A DNA stretch of 64,000 nt from Chlamydiales bacterium. GTDB taxonomy: Bacteria; Chlamydiota; Chlamydiia; Chlamydiales; JBDQID01. The notes beneath the pieces were generated by a model. It had not been told where the DNA came from and did not search any database. It saw only the letters and a program-made list of their open reading frames with translations. Below are positions 19,381-30,118 of the stretch, piece by piece. Every line of letters starts with the position of its first letter. Position 1 is the stretch's first letter. The position numbers and the translations under genes were made by a program. The stretch is from the NCBI GenBank assembly GCA_047611865.1, contig JBLFWS010000001.1:1-64000 (forward strand). The letters run 5' to 3'.

Positions 19381-21549
19381 ATGGGCTATTTGCAAGAGTT
19401 TAAGACAAGGATTACCAATGTTGACTCCACTGGAGTACTTCAACTCTGGGAAGAATATTGCGCCGGTGATCAGGTAGATGCCGTTGAACTATGTGAAATT
19501 CTCCGATCCATTAAGGACACACCTCTTGCCAGAAATTTCGGCCAGCACGCAGAGGCTGCTATTAGACTATGGGAATTGGAAGAAGATGATGTTCTTTCCC
19601 ATAGCATTATTCGCTCCATACTTGATGTGCAGAACACCAATACCGAAGAATTCGCCCAAATCGCTTATGACGTCATCAAAGAAAAGTATAGTCATCACGA
19701 TTTCTTCAACGAAAAAATCCGACTCATCGGGCTACGTAGCAAAGAAGAATTTCAGGGTGCCATAACCAATTACGAACTCCTTACCCACCTAGCTAAAGGA
19801 AAACATGTTTTCCATAATGCTGGATGGGGCACTGGTGAGATCATCGAAATCTCTCTCGTCCGCGAAGAACTTGTACTAGAGTTTGAACTAGTACTTGGCC
19901 GCCGAGACATCACTTTTGCCAACGCTTTTAAAAACCTCATTCCTCTTCCTGACGACCACTTTCTCTCTCGTAGGTTTGGAGATGCTGATAATCTGGAACG
20001 CGAATCCAGAGATAACCCTGTATCCATCATTCGAATGTTACTACGCGACCTAGGACCTAAATCTGCCGCTGAAATTAAAGATGAGCTTTTCGAGCTTGTT
20101 ATCCCAGCAGAAGATTGGACCAAATGGTGGCAATCGGCTAGAGCACGCATCAAAAAAGACACAATGATTGCTACGCCAAGTAATATAAAAAAACCTTTCC
20201 ATCTACGTGAAGAAGAGCTTTCCCACGAGGAACGTTTCCAGAAGACCCTTCAAGACAAGAGTTCTCCAAGTGAAGTCATTCAGACTATGTATCAATTTAC
20301 TCGTGATTTCCCCGAAACCCTTAAGAATGCCGAGTTTAAGCTCTCTTTGAAGGAAAAGCTCCTTTCCCTTCTTTCTGATCACAGCCTCAGCACTTCTCTC
20401 CTCTTCCAAATACATATATTTCTTGAAAACAACTTCACTATCTCTCTGGAAGAGAAGTCCGAAAGTCTTCCCGAATTTGTTCAAAAGCTGGAAAACCTCG
20501 AAGCTGTTATTGATGGCATAGAAATTATCGCTTTCAAAAAACGCGCACTCGTAGCTATCCGCGAGTACCGAGAAGATTGGTCAGAAATCTTTCTTTCTAC
20601 CCTTCTTAACATTCAACAGAGCGTCTTACGTGACTACCTTCTCAAGGAACTTCATCAGGGAGATACCAAGATCCGAGTTCATGAAAAGCTCACGCACTTA
20701 GTAGAATCTCCTACTTTGTACCCAGAAGCTTACGTATGGTATTTCCAAAAAGTTATTGCTGGCAAAGATGATTCCCTCCCTTACTTTAAAAAGGATGGTC
20801 AGTGCCGACTTTTCGAATCATTCCTCATCCTTTACCACTATCTTGAACAAGCCCCCGAAACTCGTGACCTCGTTAAGAAGATGTACGCAACCTTGTCAGG
20901 AGATCGATACGCCTGTGTAAGGAACATCCTTCAAGACAGCAATATTGAGTATGTTCAAGAAATCCTTCTTCTGGTTACAAAGTGCCAAACTCTTAGTTCT
21001 CACGATATCAAAATCCTACATTCTCTTGCCGAGGTAGTACACCCATCCCTTTCTACCAAAAAGCGAGAAGAAAAGGCTGATCTCGATGCAAACGTTATTT
21101 GGACTACTCCTGAAGGCTACGACAAAATCAAAAGCCGCATCCATCACATCGGAACAATCGAAACAGTCGAAAACGCGAAGGAAATTGAAGCTGCCCGTGC
21201 TCTTGGTGACCTAAGAGAAAATTCTGAATACAAATTCGCTCTTGAAAAACGATCCCGCTTACAAGGTGAGCTGAAGCTTCTTTCTGACCAGGTTAATAAG
21301 GCAAGGATTCTTACCAAAGAAGATATTCAAGCCCAAAAAGCCGGTGTCGGAACGATCGTAGATATCGAAACTCCACAAGGTGATGCTAAATCTTACACCA
21401 TTCTTGGCCCTTGGGATGCCGATCCTGAAAAAGGAGTGTTATCCTTCCAATCTAAGTTAGCTCAGACTATGTCGGGTGTTGAAGTTGGGGAATCTTTCTC
21501 TTTCCAGGGAGAAGAATACTTTGTCAAGAGCCTTAAGAGCTACTTGTAA
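19381..21549 (+). CDS. greA: transcription elongation factor GreA, long chlamydial form
   Basis: C-terminal Gre domain (ARALGDLRENSEYKFA, YTILGPWDADP, SFQSKLA) after a ~570-aa N-terminal extension. Confidence 0.93.
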   Translation: MGYLQEFKTRITNVDSTGVLQLWEEYCAGDQVDAVELCEILRSIKDTPLARNFGQHAEAAIRLWELEEDDVLSHSIIRSILDVQNTNTEEFAQIAYDVIKEKYSHHDFFNEKIRLIGLRSKEEFQGAITNYELLTHLAKGKHVFHNAGWGTGEIIEISLVREELVLEFELVLGRRDITFANAFKNLIPLPDDHFLSRRFGDADNLERESRDNPVSIIRMLLRDLGPKSAAEIKDELFELVIPAEDWTKWWQSARARIKKDTMIATPSNIKKPFHLREEELSHEERFQKTLQDKSSPSEVIQTMYQFTRDFPETLKNAEFKLSLKEKLLSLLSDHSLSTSLLFQIHIFLENNFTISLEEKSESLPEFVQKLENLEAVIDGIEIIAFKKRALVAIREYREDWSEIFLSTLLNIQQSVLRDYLLKELHQGDTKIRVHEKLTHLVESPTLYPEAYVWYFQKVIAGKDDSLPYFKKDGQCRLFESFLILYHYLEQAPETRDLVKKMYATLSGDRYACVRNILQDSNIEYVQEILLLVTKCQTLSSHDIKILHSLAEVVHPSLSTKKREEKADLDANVIWTTPEGYDKIKSRIHHIGTIETVENAKEIEAARALGDLRENSEYKFALEKRSRLQGELKLLSDQVNKARILTKEDIQAQKAGVGTIVDIETPQGDAKSYTILGPWDADPEKGVLSFQSKLAQTMSGVEVGESFSFQGEEYFVKSLKSYL

Positions 21550-21597
21550 CATTGATTAACCCGATTAAAGAACGCTGTAAATGAGGTAAGGATTTCT

Positions 21598-22197
21598 ATG
21601 GAACTTGTACTAGCCACAAGCAACCTCCACAAGGTTCGCGAGTTCCGTGAAATGCTCGATCCAATTAAAAACTTGGATATCCTTTCCCTCATTGATTTCC
21701 CTGATTACGAGCCTCCTGAGGAAACAGGCAAGACCTTTGAAGACAATGCTCTCATAAAGGCTATGCATGCTTGTCAGGAGTTTAATAAATGCGTTATCGC
21801 TGATGACTCCGGACTTGTCGTCCCATCTCTTGGGAATGAACCCGGAGTTTATTCCGCACGCTATGCCGGGGAAAACTGCTCTGATTCAGACAACCGCAAT
21901 AAACTATTAAAAGCTCTTGATGGAAAAGAAGGTGCCGAAAGAATGGCATACTTCGAATGCTGTATTGTCATGGTCCAGCCGGACAAACAAGCAAAGAGTG
22001 TCAGTGCGATCTGCGAAGGCTCTATTATTTCTAAAGAGCAAGGGGGGAATGGTTTTGGCTATGATCCCCTTTTCCTAAAGGACGGATATACCAAAACTTT
22101 TGCTGAACTTACAGAAGCAACTAAAAACCGAATCTCTCATCGTAGAAAGGCGTTTGACAAGTTCTTATTACTTCTTGAGCCTCTCTTAAAAAATTGA
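21598..22197 (+). CDS. rdgB: dITP/XTP pyrophosphatase (HAM1)
   Basis: LATSNLHKVRE, ETGKTFEDNA, ADDSGL, PGVYSARYAG, GFGYDPLF, KNRISHR. Confidence 0.95.
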   Translation: MELVLATSNLHKVREFREMLDPIKNLDILSLIDFPDYEPPEETGKTFEDNALIKAMHACQEFNKCVIADDSGLVVPSLGNEPGVYSARYAGENCSDSDNRNKLLKALDGKEGAERMAYFECCIVMVQPDKQAKSVSAICEGSIISKEQGGNGFGYDPLFLKDGYTKTFAELTEATKNRISHRRKAFDKFLLLLEPLLKN

Positions 22198-22210
22198 TCC
22201 ACATAGGTTC

Positions 22211-22813
22211 ATGCATTACTTTATTGATGGTTACAACCTTCTTTTACGCTTTTCAACAGATGACCATTCCTTTCAAAGTGATCGTGAACAATTCATTTCT
22301 GATCTTAATGAAACAGCTAAGTTTCTCAACCTAGATATAACTATCGTCTTTGATGCAGCTTACACGACAAACGATCTTAGCCGCTCACACTTTGATAGTG
22401 TAGAATTGATTTTTACCGGAGAGAGTGAAACTGCCGATGATTATATCCTCGACGCCCTCCAGCTCCTGGACAACCCTCGTAAGGAACTTGTTGTTACTTC
22501 AGACAAAGGCCTTGCCAGAAGATGTCGAAGCTTAGGAGCCCATACCCAAAGTGTTCATGACTTTATCAACTGGATCAGTAATCGAAATCAGAAAAAGTCT
22601 TCCAAAAAACAAAACCAAAGCAAACAAAAACATCTTCCTCCTTCTTCTCAGAAAATAAACAAAACTCAAAAGCCCTTAAACGACGAGCCCCTCCTAAGGT
22701 CTGTAGAGTTTCTCCCTCCTGTGAAGGATGGCGCAGCCTACACAGAGCGCTTTCAATACTACCTTGAAATTTTCGAAAAGAGATTCCGAGACAATACACA
22801 GGAAGACAAATAG
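22211..22813 (+). CDS. YacP/Rae1-like NYN-domain ribonuclease
   Basis: YFIDGYNL, IVFDA, ETADDYI, VVTSD. Confidence 0.85.
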   Translation: MHYFIDGYNLLLRFSTDDHSFQSDREQFISDLNETAKFLNLDITIVFDAAYTTNDLSRSHFDSVELIFTGESETADDYILDALQLLDNPRKELVVTSDKGLARRCRSLGAHTQSVHDFINWISNRNQKKSSKKQNQSKQKHLPPSSQKINKTQKPLNDEPLLRSVEFLPPVKDGAAYTERFQYYLEIFEKRFRDNTQEDK

Positions 22814-22819
22814 GCAGCT

Positions 22820-25249
22820 CTAATCTTCACTCTGCAGCGAAGAGCGGAACTTCCTAATAAATTCAGTACAGAGTCTTTCATATGAAAAACGCTCTTGAAC
22901 AAGCTTTTTGAGGTTACGTCCTATTTCTTCCCTCAGCTCTGGTCTTTCCAGGTAAAACTGACATTTCTCTAAAAGCTCGCTTGGGGAAGAAAAATAGTCA
23001 AAGTGCTCCCCTGGAATAAATTCTTTTGCCATTTTACACCAAGCCAGTTCTTCCGGGACATGGAATACCAGAAAAAATGCCTCACACATTCCTCCCTCCA
23101 ATATCCGTGGGTGATGTTCTGACCAAGGGTTTATTGATAAATTAATTTTGTTTTTAAGAAAACGCGACTGGTATTCTTCTCGGGTTTCTGCATGCCCCAA
23201 GCAGTGTTGTTTCAAATGGGAGAAACCCTCCCAGTTCTTCCCGGTAACACCCAGTGTATACTTCTCATGATGGAGCAGGTCTATATAATAATAACTAAGC
23301 TGAGTGTGGTAAAAGGAGAGTAGAGATTCCTGTTGCACCCTTTTTTTTCCCCAAGAAAGAACTTCCTCAACAGCTATTGCCCCTTGTCCCCTGACAGTAT
23401 AAAAAATCTTGTTTTCAAAAAAATCTGCTACAGGCTTTTCTTTCTCTTCGTCAAACCCTGGAAAATCCCTAAGATGCTTGTCTTTATCCATGGTTTTAAC
23501 AAAACCAATATCTATTGATTTCTCTTCCGCTATACCTTTCAAGTCAATTACAGCATTCGTGGTTGGGATATGGTCACAGAGTAATTGCGAGGGCTTTGCT
23601 CCAGCATTGCAATATTGCTGTATAAACTCCTCGACCCAGAAGAAAATAATATCATGTCTGTTTATAGGTGTTCTTGTAAGAAGCTCAACACACTCAAAAT
23701 GAGGAGTAAGATCCTGTATGGAATAAATAGTTGGAAGATCTTTTCCAAAGTCAATTTCACCATCATATTTTAATGTATTTGGACTTCTAATAAACAAATC
23801 TGGCTTATAACGGTCTACGTCTATAATGGAGGCATACTCCAAATCAATTGAACCACCATGGCAAGGATCATGCACAAACACTTCACATCCCAGACTCTTG
23901 AAACTCTCAGCACAGCCATCTGTGTAGCGCTTTACAGCAACAGAATCACAAGCTCTCTCAAGATATACTCGTGGTAATTCTCCTTGAGCGATACTCTTCA
24001 AACGATTTTGAAATACATCACCCTTGTAATATTCTTTTATCGACTCCCTACCTTTCGAAAATATTTGTAGGTAGTCAATCACTCCCTGAAAAACGACTGC
24101 TGATACCTCTCTTGCTAAGGCACTCTTTTTATCACTCGTCACCACAGTCTTACACAAGTTTAGAGGAGACCTTGGATTTTCAAATTCTTTCTCCAAAAGA
24201 CTCTTCCATTCATCCACATACCAAATCTTTATAAGGCCTTCTTTGATCGCCTCTTGACACTCACTAATAGCAAGAAAATCCCTCACCAGATCGGGAAAAG
24301 AAAATATTATCAATATGCTATTTTTTTGAACTCTTTGCCTTTGAAAAAACTGAACAAGATATTCTTTTCCAGGAACAATATCAACAAACACCATAATGGG
24401 TAGATGGCTTTCATCAAGCGCCCCATCGTATAAATATTTCTCTCGACTCTCTGAGTCAGAACTCAGCAATGCATTCTGGCCACATTTACTTAGATAACTT
24501 ATGTTTTTCAAGCCTCCCCTTAAGTTCTCATAGTAATTTACCGCTGTCTTAATTCTGCTGTACTTCACAACATTGGGAAGCTTTTTCTCTGGATTTTTCT
24601 TCAAGGCACAATTAGACAAACTCTCTACAAAAGTAGGCGTATGAACTTCTGACCCCATAAATTCTAATATATCCGGAAGCCGTGCTGGGATATCTTCATA
24701 CTCAACCTGGAAATATTTATGGGCGTGAAGTTGTAATTTAGTGAAAAACTGATCGTTCTTATACAAAGCCCCCAGTACGTCTGTACATTGTCTGGAAGAC
24801 AACTTAATTTCTTCACTTCTTGAATTATCCCGACTATCTCGAATTTTTTGAAGAATCGGAGGAAGTTTTCTCTTCTCATCCCTTTCTATTACATGCCCTT
24901 GATTCTGGATAATGGACTTCAGAATATCCCGATAGTTCCTGTGCACATGGATAAGAAGAATGCTCGGATCGATAATATTTTTTAAATTCGAGTAATCTTC
25001 ATCAGAATAGACCTGAGGATCTAACAACATTTTCGACCCAACGATTGAACCTTTCGAATACGTCCCTTTTAAATATTCCGAAAGAGCAAAAGTGCCCTTA
25101 TCCATTTTTACGCGGAAACACTCCTCATCGCTTCTTGACATCCATCTAAGCTCTTCATCACACACAATACCTTCGCTACCTGCAAGAATTGATTGCAGCC
25201 ATGTAGCTCCACAACGAACATTTCCTACTACAAGAAATTTAGTAATCAC
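22820..25249 (-). CDS. sulfotransferase-glycosyltransferase fusion, paralog 4
   Basis: N-terminal GNVRCGATWL (5'-PSB-like loop), IHVHRNYRDILKS (3'-PB-like), YEDI; C-terminal KINLSINP..HPRILEGG, GEHFDYF..PSELLEK..YL..PELREEIG; GTG start overlaps the upstream stop. Confidence 0.75.
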   Translation of the reverse strand: MITKFLVVGNVRCGATWLQSILAGSEGIVCDEELRWMSRSDEECFRVKMDKGTFALSEYLKGTYSKGSIVGSKMLLDPQVYSDEDYSNLKNIIDPSILLIHVHRNYRDILKSIIQNQGHVIERDEKRKLPPILQKIRDSRDNSRSEEIKLSSRQCTDVLGALYKNDQFFTKLQLHAHKYFQVEYEDIPARLPDILEFMGSEVHTPTFVESLSNCALKKNPEKKLPNVVKYSRIKTAVNYYENLRGGLKNISYLSKCGQNALLSSDSESREKYLYDGALDESHLPIMVFVDIVPGKEYLVQFFQRQRVQKNSILIIFSFPDLVRDFLAISECQEAIKEGLIKIWYVDEWKSLLEKEFENPRSPLNLCKTVVTSDKKSALAREVSAVVFQGVIDYLQIFSKGRESIKEYYKGDVFQNRLKSIAQGELPRVYLERACDSVAVKRYTDGCAESFKSLGCEVFVHDPCHGGSIDLEYASIIDVDRYKPDLFIRSPNTLKYDGEIDFGKDLPTIYSIQDLTPHFECVELLTRTPINRHDIIFFWVEEFIQQYCNAGAKPSQLLCDHIPTTNAVIDLKGIAEEKSIDIGFVKTMDKDKHLRDFPGFDEEKEKPVADFFENKIFYTVRGQGAIAVEEVLSWGKKRVQQESLLSFYHTQLSYYYIDLLHHEKYTLGVTGKNWEGFSHLKQHCLGHAETREEYQSRFLKNKINLSINPWSEHHPRILEGGMCEAFFLVFHVPEELAWCKMAKEFIPGEHFDYFSSPSELLEKCQFYLERPELREEIGRNLKKLVQERFSYERLCTEFIRKFRSSLQSED

Positions 25250-27684
25250 GACTCATTTCCTTTTTCTATCGATGATCTAAAACGTATCAAAAACTCCGAA
25301 CATAGCTTTGTATAGGAAAAATGTTCTTGAACCAATTTTCTAAGATTTTGGCCTATCTGTTTACGTAATTTTTCATTATCCAAATAATAACAACATTTTT
25401 CTTTTAACTCCTCCGGCGTAGAGAAATAATCGAAATGTGTTCCTGGAATCATTTCATCAGGCATTCTACAAGAGGTGAGCTCTTCCGGAACTTTGAATAC
25501 AAGAAAGAATGCACCACAAACCCCTCCTTCAAAAACCCTTGGATGAAACCGATCCCAAGGGTTTATAGACAAATTAATCTTATTGCTTAAGAAACGCATT
25601 TGATAGTCTTCCCTACTTTCTGCGTGCCCCAAACAATATCTTTTTAACCCTGGGATGAGGTCCCAATTGGCCCCTGACAAACCTAATTCAAAGCCTTCTT
25701 TCCTAAGAAACTCAATATATTTCAAACTAAATTTGCTATGATAATAAGAAAGAAGAGTCTCTTCCTGAATTCTGTCCAGTCCCCATGCTGCTACCCGCAT
25801 GGGGTCAATGGCCCCTTCAGTTTCAACTGTGTCCAAAATTTTCTCTTCTAAACGATCAGCTTGTTTTCTCTCCTCATCTGTTTCCGCCTCAAAAAGATCT
25901 CTTACATGCCTATATGGGAATAGGGTTTTAACATATGCCACTTCAACATTTTCATTAGCTTTAAAAAGTTCAACGTCAAACTTTGCCTCCTCTGCCGGAA
26001 TAAAACCCTTAAGCAGTTGTGACTCTTTTGCACCTGCATCAATGTATATCTTATGAAAGTCTGGGAGCAGGAAAAACAAGATGTCGTGCTTAGAAAGAGG
26101 TGATTTCTCTAAATACCTGGCGCAATCGAGATGTGGTCCTCGATCTTGAAGAGAATATAGAGAGGGCACTCCTTGATAAAATACCATGTCTTGATATCCC
26201 TTAACAATATTCGGGCTACGAACTATCAAGTCTGGCTTAAAGCTCGCCACCTCTATTTCAGAAGAGAACACTAAATCGATTGCCCCTCCGGAACAAGGCT
26301 TATGAACAAATACCTCATGACCGAGCTTCCTAAAAGACTCTGCACAATTATCTGTAAAACGTTTTACAGCTATTGATGTACAGGCCCTCTCAAAATACAA
26401 TCTGAGTTTCTCTCCTTTCTGAATATTTTTCAGCCGCTTTTGAAAAGCCGTACTTTGATAATACTCTTCGATAATTTTTCGCGCTGCTGAATGACGTTTT
26501 ACAAAATTTTCCCGTCCCTGAAGCAAAGCCGCACGAATATAACTCTCTAAAGGATGATTTCTCTGCACTACGATATTATTGCAGCATGGGAGGGGAGAAC
26601 GGAGGTTTTCCAACTCTTGAATAAATTTCTTATCCCATTCTGATATATGCCAAAGCTTAATATTCCCCTGAGAGATAAGCTTTTTGTAACTACTATGGAG
26701 TAATATCTCCTTCACAACTGATATATTAGAGAATATTATGACAATACTTACCGGGTCCTTCCCGAGGACATCTTCTTTAAAAAATTTCTCTAAAAACTCA
26801 TGACTCGGAAGAATATCGACAAAAACACTTACGGGGAAGTGGTTGTTTCCTAAAGGTTGTTGGTAAACTTTAACTTCTGAGTTGAAAATTTCTGTATCCC
26901 CTAGAGAACTCCTTGCCTCCTCGCTAATATAATTTATATTCAAAAGAAAGGTTCGAAGGCCTTCGTATGCCCTTAGAAAATTCTGTGTCTTTGAATACTT
27001 CAATACACTCGGTTCTTTCATTTTAGGTAGTTTTTTCAGCTCACTAGCTGCAATTAGCTTCGGCGCCTGCGTTGCATAGGTTTCGACCCCTATAAATTTA
27101 AGTATATTTGGCAATTGCTCCTGAATCTCTTCATATTCTATAGCTAAATACTTACTCCTGTCCTTTTGAATCAAAGAAATCCTGTTGTCATTCTGATACA
27201 ATGCTGCAGTGATCGCTTCACACTCTTTTACAGAAAACTTTTGCTCCCTCTTAGGAGAGTCCTTTTGCAATTCTAAAATCCCCTGCAAAACATTGGAGGG
27301 TTGAGCAGGAAGATGCTTGGAAATCCTGTATCCCTGATTCTGTATTATAGATTTCAGTATATCTTTGTAATTCCTCTGTATATGTACAATACGTGTATCT
27401 GAATCCACTGACCCCAAGAATTTTGACAAATCTTCATCGTCATACCTTTGGGGATCAAGAAGAAGTTTGGAGCCTACAATCTCTGCGAATGCTTCCTTTG
27501 TGCCTAGGTATTCAGAAACGTCAAAAGACCCCTGTTCTATATGTACTCGATGTTTTGAAGAGGAAGCACTAGATCGCCATCTCAATTCTTCACCGCAAGA
27601 AATTTGATCACTTTTGGAAAGCAGGCTTTGTAACCAAGTAGCTCCACAGCGAACGTTGCCCACTATCAGAAATTTAACTTTCAC
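25246..27684 (-). CDS. sulfotransferase-glycosyltransferase fusion, paralog 3
   Basis: Same motifs (GNVRCGATWL, HIQRNYKDILKS, KINLSINPWDRFHPRVFEGG); GTG start. Confidence 0.75.
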   Translation of the reverse strand: MKVKFLIVGNVRCGATWLQSLLSKSDQISCGEELRWRSSASSSKHRVHIEQGSFDVSEYLGTKEAFAEIVGSKLLLDPQRYDDEDLSKFLGSVDSDTRIVHIQRNYKDILKSIIQNQGYRISKHLPAQPSNVLQGILELQKDSPKREQKFSVKECEAITAALYQNDNRISLIQKDRSKYLAIEYEEIQEQLPNILKFIGVETYATQAPKLIAASELKKLPKMKEPSVLKYSKTQNFLRAYEGLRTFLLNINYISEEARSSLGDTEIFNSEVKVYQQPLGNNHFPVSVFVDILPSHEFLEKFFKEDVLGKDPVSIVIIFSNISVVKEILLHSSYKKLISQGNIKLWHISEWDKKFIQELENLRSPLPCCNNIVVQRNHPLESYIRAALLQGRENFVKRHSAARKIIEEYYQSTAFQKRLKNIQKGEKLRLYFERACTSIAVKRFTDNCAESFRKLGHEVFVHKPCSGGAIDLVFSSEIEVASFKPDLIVRSPNIVKGYQDMVFYQGVPSLYSLQDRGPHLDCARYLEKSPLSKHDILFFLLPDFHKIYIDAGAKESQLLKGFIPAEEAKFDVELFKANENVEVAYVKTLFPYRHVRDLFEAETDEERKQADRLEEKILDTVETEGAIDPMRVAAWGLDRIQEETLLSYYHSKFSLKYIEFLRKEGFELGLSGANWDLIPGLKRYCLGHAESREDYQMRFLSNKINLSINPWDRFHPRVFEGGVCGAFFLVFKVPEELTSCRMPDEMIPGTHFDYFSTPEELKEKCCYYLDNEKLRKQIGQNLRKLVQEHFSYTKLCSEFLIRFRSSIEKGNES

Positions 27685-30118
27685 AATAGCTTCCTTTCTC
27701 GATCAATGTTTTAAAACGATTCAAAAACTCAGAGCATAATCTTTTATAAGAAAACCTCTTTTTAACTAATTCTCTTAAATTGTTTCCTATTTTACTCCTC
27801 AGATCCGGCCTTGCTAAGTAATATCTGCTTTTTTCCAGCAATTCTTCTGAAGAAGAAAAGTAGTCAAAATGCTCTCCTGAAACAAGTTCTTCGGCCATCC
27901 TTGAATCCACAACTTCATCAGCAACCTTATAGACCAAAAAGAATGCGCCACAACTCCCCCCCTCTAAAATACGTAAATGGTGTTCGCTCCATGGGTTAAT
28001 AGAAAGGTTAATTTTATTACGAAGAAACCTTTGGTGATATTCTTCTCTATTCTCTGAATGCCCTAAACTATATTTCTTAAGACTGGGAATCTTGTCCCAA
28101 TTCTTTCCTGTTAAACCCAAGCTATACTTTTCTCTGTTGAGTAATTTTATAAAGTATGCACTAAGTTGCCTGTGATAATAAGAAAGCAGCTTCTCTTGCT
28201 CCTCCCGATCTCTCCCCCATGACATAACTTCTGAGCGAAGTGTTCCTTTGGCTGAACGCACTCGCTGTAAAATCAATTCCTCAAGCTCTTTCACCTCTGA
28301 TATATCTTTTTCATCCTTGCACACAATAATTTCAGTAAGCGATAAACTTGCACCCATTGTTTTTACATAACCGATATCAAACATCTCATCTTCACTAGGC
28401 ACGGAAATTTCTTTTTTCGGCATCCTTGTAGGCAAATAGTCACAAATCATCTGTAATTCGGGTACTCCTGAAACTAAATACGCTTCTTTAAAACCTGGTA
28501 AGAGAAAATAAAGCAGGTCATGCTTATTCAAAGGCTCTTGTGCCAAATTGTGAGCTGCGTCGAAATGAGGACCTACATCCTGAATTGAGTAAAGAGTGGG
28601 TACCTGACTAGAAGAGTTTATTGCCCGAAAACCTTTCGTAAAGTTAGGACTTCTGACAAATAAGTCTGGCTTCTCTCGGGACAACTCCAATTCCGTAGCA
28701 TACATATAATCCACCATTCCATAAGAGCAGGGCTCATGCACATAAACCTCGCAGCCCATCTCTTTAAAACACCCTGCACAATAGTCTGTAAAACGCTTAA
28801 CTGAAACTGAGACACAAGTTCTCTCAAGATATATCTTCGGTTTTGTTCCCTTTTGTATTGCATCCAGTCTACTTTGAAATTCCGCACTCTGATAGTAAGC
28901 TTCAATACCCCTTCTGGATTCTTCTAATTCATTTAAGTAAGCTACTCGCGTCTGATAGATAGTTGTCCGCACTTTATCGGCAAACGGATGTCCTCCCTGC
29001 GCAATTACTGTATTACAACTGTGTAGGGGAGAACGTAAATTAGATATCTCTCCTTCAAGATTTTCTTCCCATTCCAAAGAATACCAAAGCTTAAGCGTCC
29101 CCTTTTCGATAAAGCGACAGAACCTGTCATCTAAAAGAATCCCTTTAACGACAGCCATAAAAGAAAAAATCACCAGAATATTTAAAGGATACTTCTCTTT
29201 TTCCTGTTGTTCAATAAAACCTTCAAGATACTTTATTGATGGAGAAGTATCCACAAAGACGATTATAGGACCGTGACTCTCTAAGAGAGGAGCATCATAT
29301 ACCGGCACTTCTGTCTTGTCATTATGAGTTCGCAAAAGCCCCGCACAAGCTACTTCGCTAAGATAATTCATATTCTTCAACAATAGACGCATTTCTTCAT
29401 AAGACTGAAGAAGTTTACGCGTTTTGCTATATCGCAAAATATTTGGAACTTCCTTAGAGGGGAGCTTATTCAATCCACACTTCATCTGAAGGAAATAGAA
29501 TGGAGGGGGCGAATATCCCAAGCCAATAAACTTAACTATGTCAGCAAACTTCTTGGAAATTTCACTATAATCTACTTGAAAATAGCGTTGTTTATCTTTT
29601 TGTAATCCAGATAAAAATCGATCATTTGCAAATAAAGCTGATATAATTTCCTCGCACTCCCTCGAAGAAAGTTTTTTCTCCAAGTTCTTATGAATTGCCA
29701 AGGTCTCTGCAATACCCTTTAAGACATTGCTAATTTCTTCACCAGGTCTTGCACTAACGGAATAACCCTGATTTTGTATTATCGATTTTAAGATCTCTTC
29801 ATAAGGGCGCTGTATGTGAATTATATTCATACCTGATTCCATAGCTTCCGAGAAAAGCTTCAATTCTCCATCGAAATATTTTCGAGGATCCATTAATAGC
29901 TTCGACCCAACGATTTCAGCTTCACCTGTCTCCTTTTCAAGATATTTAGAAAGATTGAACTCCCCGTCATCTATGCATATCTGATAGCTCAAGGAAGCCA
30001 CAGAAGATGCCCACCTAAGCTCATCATCGCACCGAACTTCCCTCAAAGTATTAAGCATCGCCTGTAGCCAAGTTGCTCCACAACGAATATTGCCTACTAT
30101 AAGAAACTTTTTACTCAC
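27674..30118 (-). CDS. sulfotransferase-glycosyltransferase fusion, paralog 2
   Basis: Same motifs (GNIRCGATWL, HIQRPYEEILKS, KINLSINPWSEHHLRILEGG); GTG start. Confidence 0.75.
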   Translation of the reverse strand: MSKKFLIVGNIRCGATWLQAMLNTLREVRCDDELRWASSVASLSYQICIDDGEFNLSKYLEKETGEAEIVGSKLLMDPRKYFDGELKLFSEAMESGMNIIHIQRPYEEILKSIIQNQGYSVSARPGEEISNVLKGIAETLAIHKNLEKKLSSRECEEIISALFANDRFLSGLQKDKQRYFQVDYSEISKKFADIVKFIGLGYSPPPFYFLQMKCGLNKLPSKEVPNILRYSKTRKLLQSYEEMRLLLKNMNYLSEVACAGLLRTHNDKTEVPVYDAPLLESHGPIIVFVDTSPSIKYLEGFIEQQEKEKYPLNILVIFSFMAVVKGILLDDRFCRFIEKGTLKLWYSLEWEENLEGEISNLRSPLHSCNTVIAQGGHPFADKVRTTIYQTRVAYLNELEESRRGIEAYYQSAEFQSRLDAIQKGTKPKIYLERTCVSVSVKRFTDYCAGCFKEMGCEVYVHEPCSYGMVDYMYATELELSREKPDLFVRSPNFTKGFRAINSSSQVPTLYSIQDVGPHFDAAHNLAQEPLNKHDLLYFLLPGFKEAYLVSGVPELQMICDYLPTRMPKKEISVPSEDEMFDIGYVKTMGASLSLTEIIVCKDEKDISEVKELEELILQRVRSAKGTLRSEVMSWGRDREEQEKLLSYYHRQLSAYFIKLLNREKYSLGLTGKNWDKIPSLKKYSLGHSENREEYHQRFLRNKINLSINPWSEHHLRILEGGSCGAFFLVYKVADEVVDSRMAEELVSGEHFDYFSSSEELLEKSRYYLARPDLRSKIGNNLRELVKKRFSYKRLCSEFLNRFKTLIEKGSYCES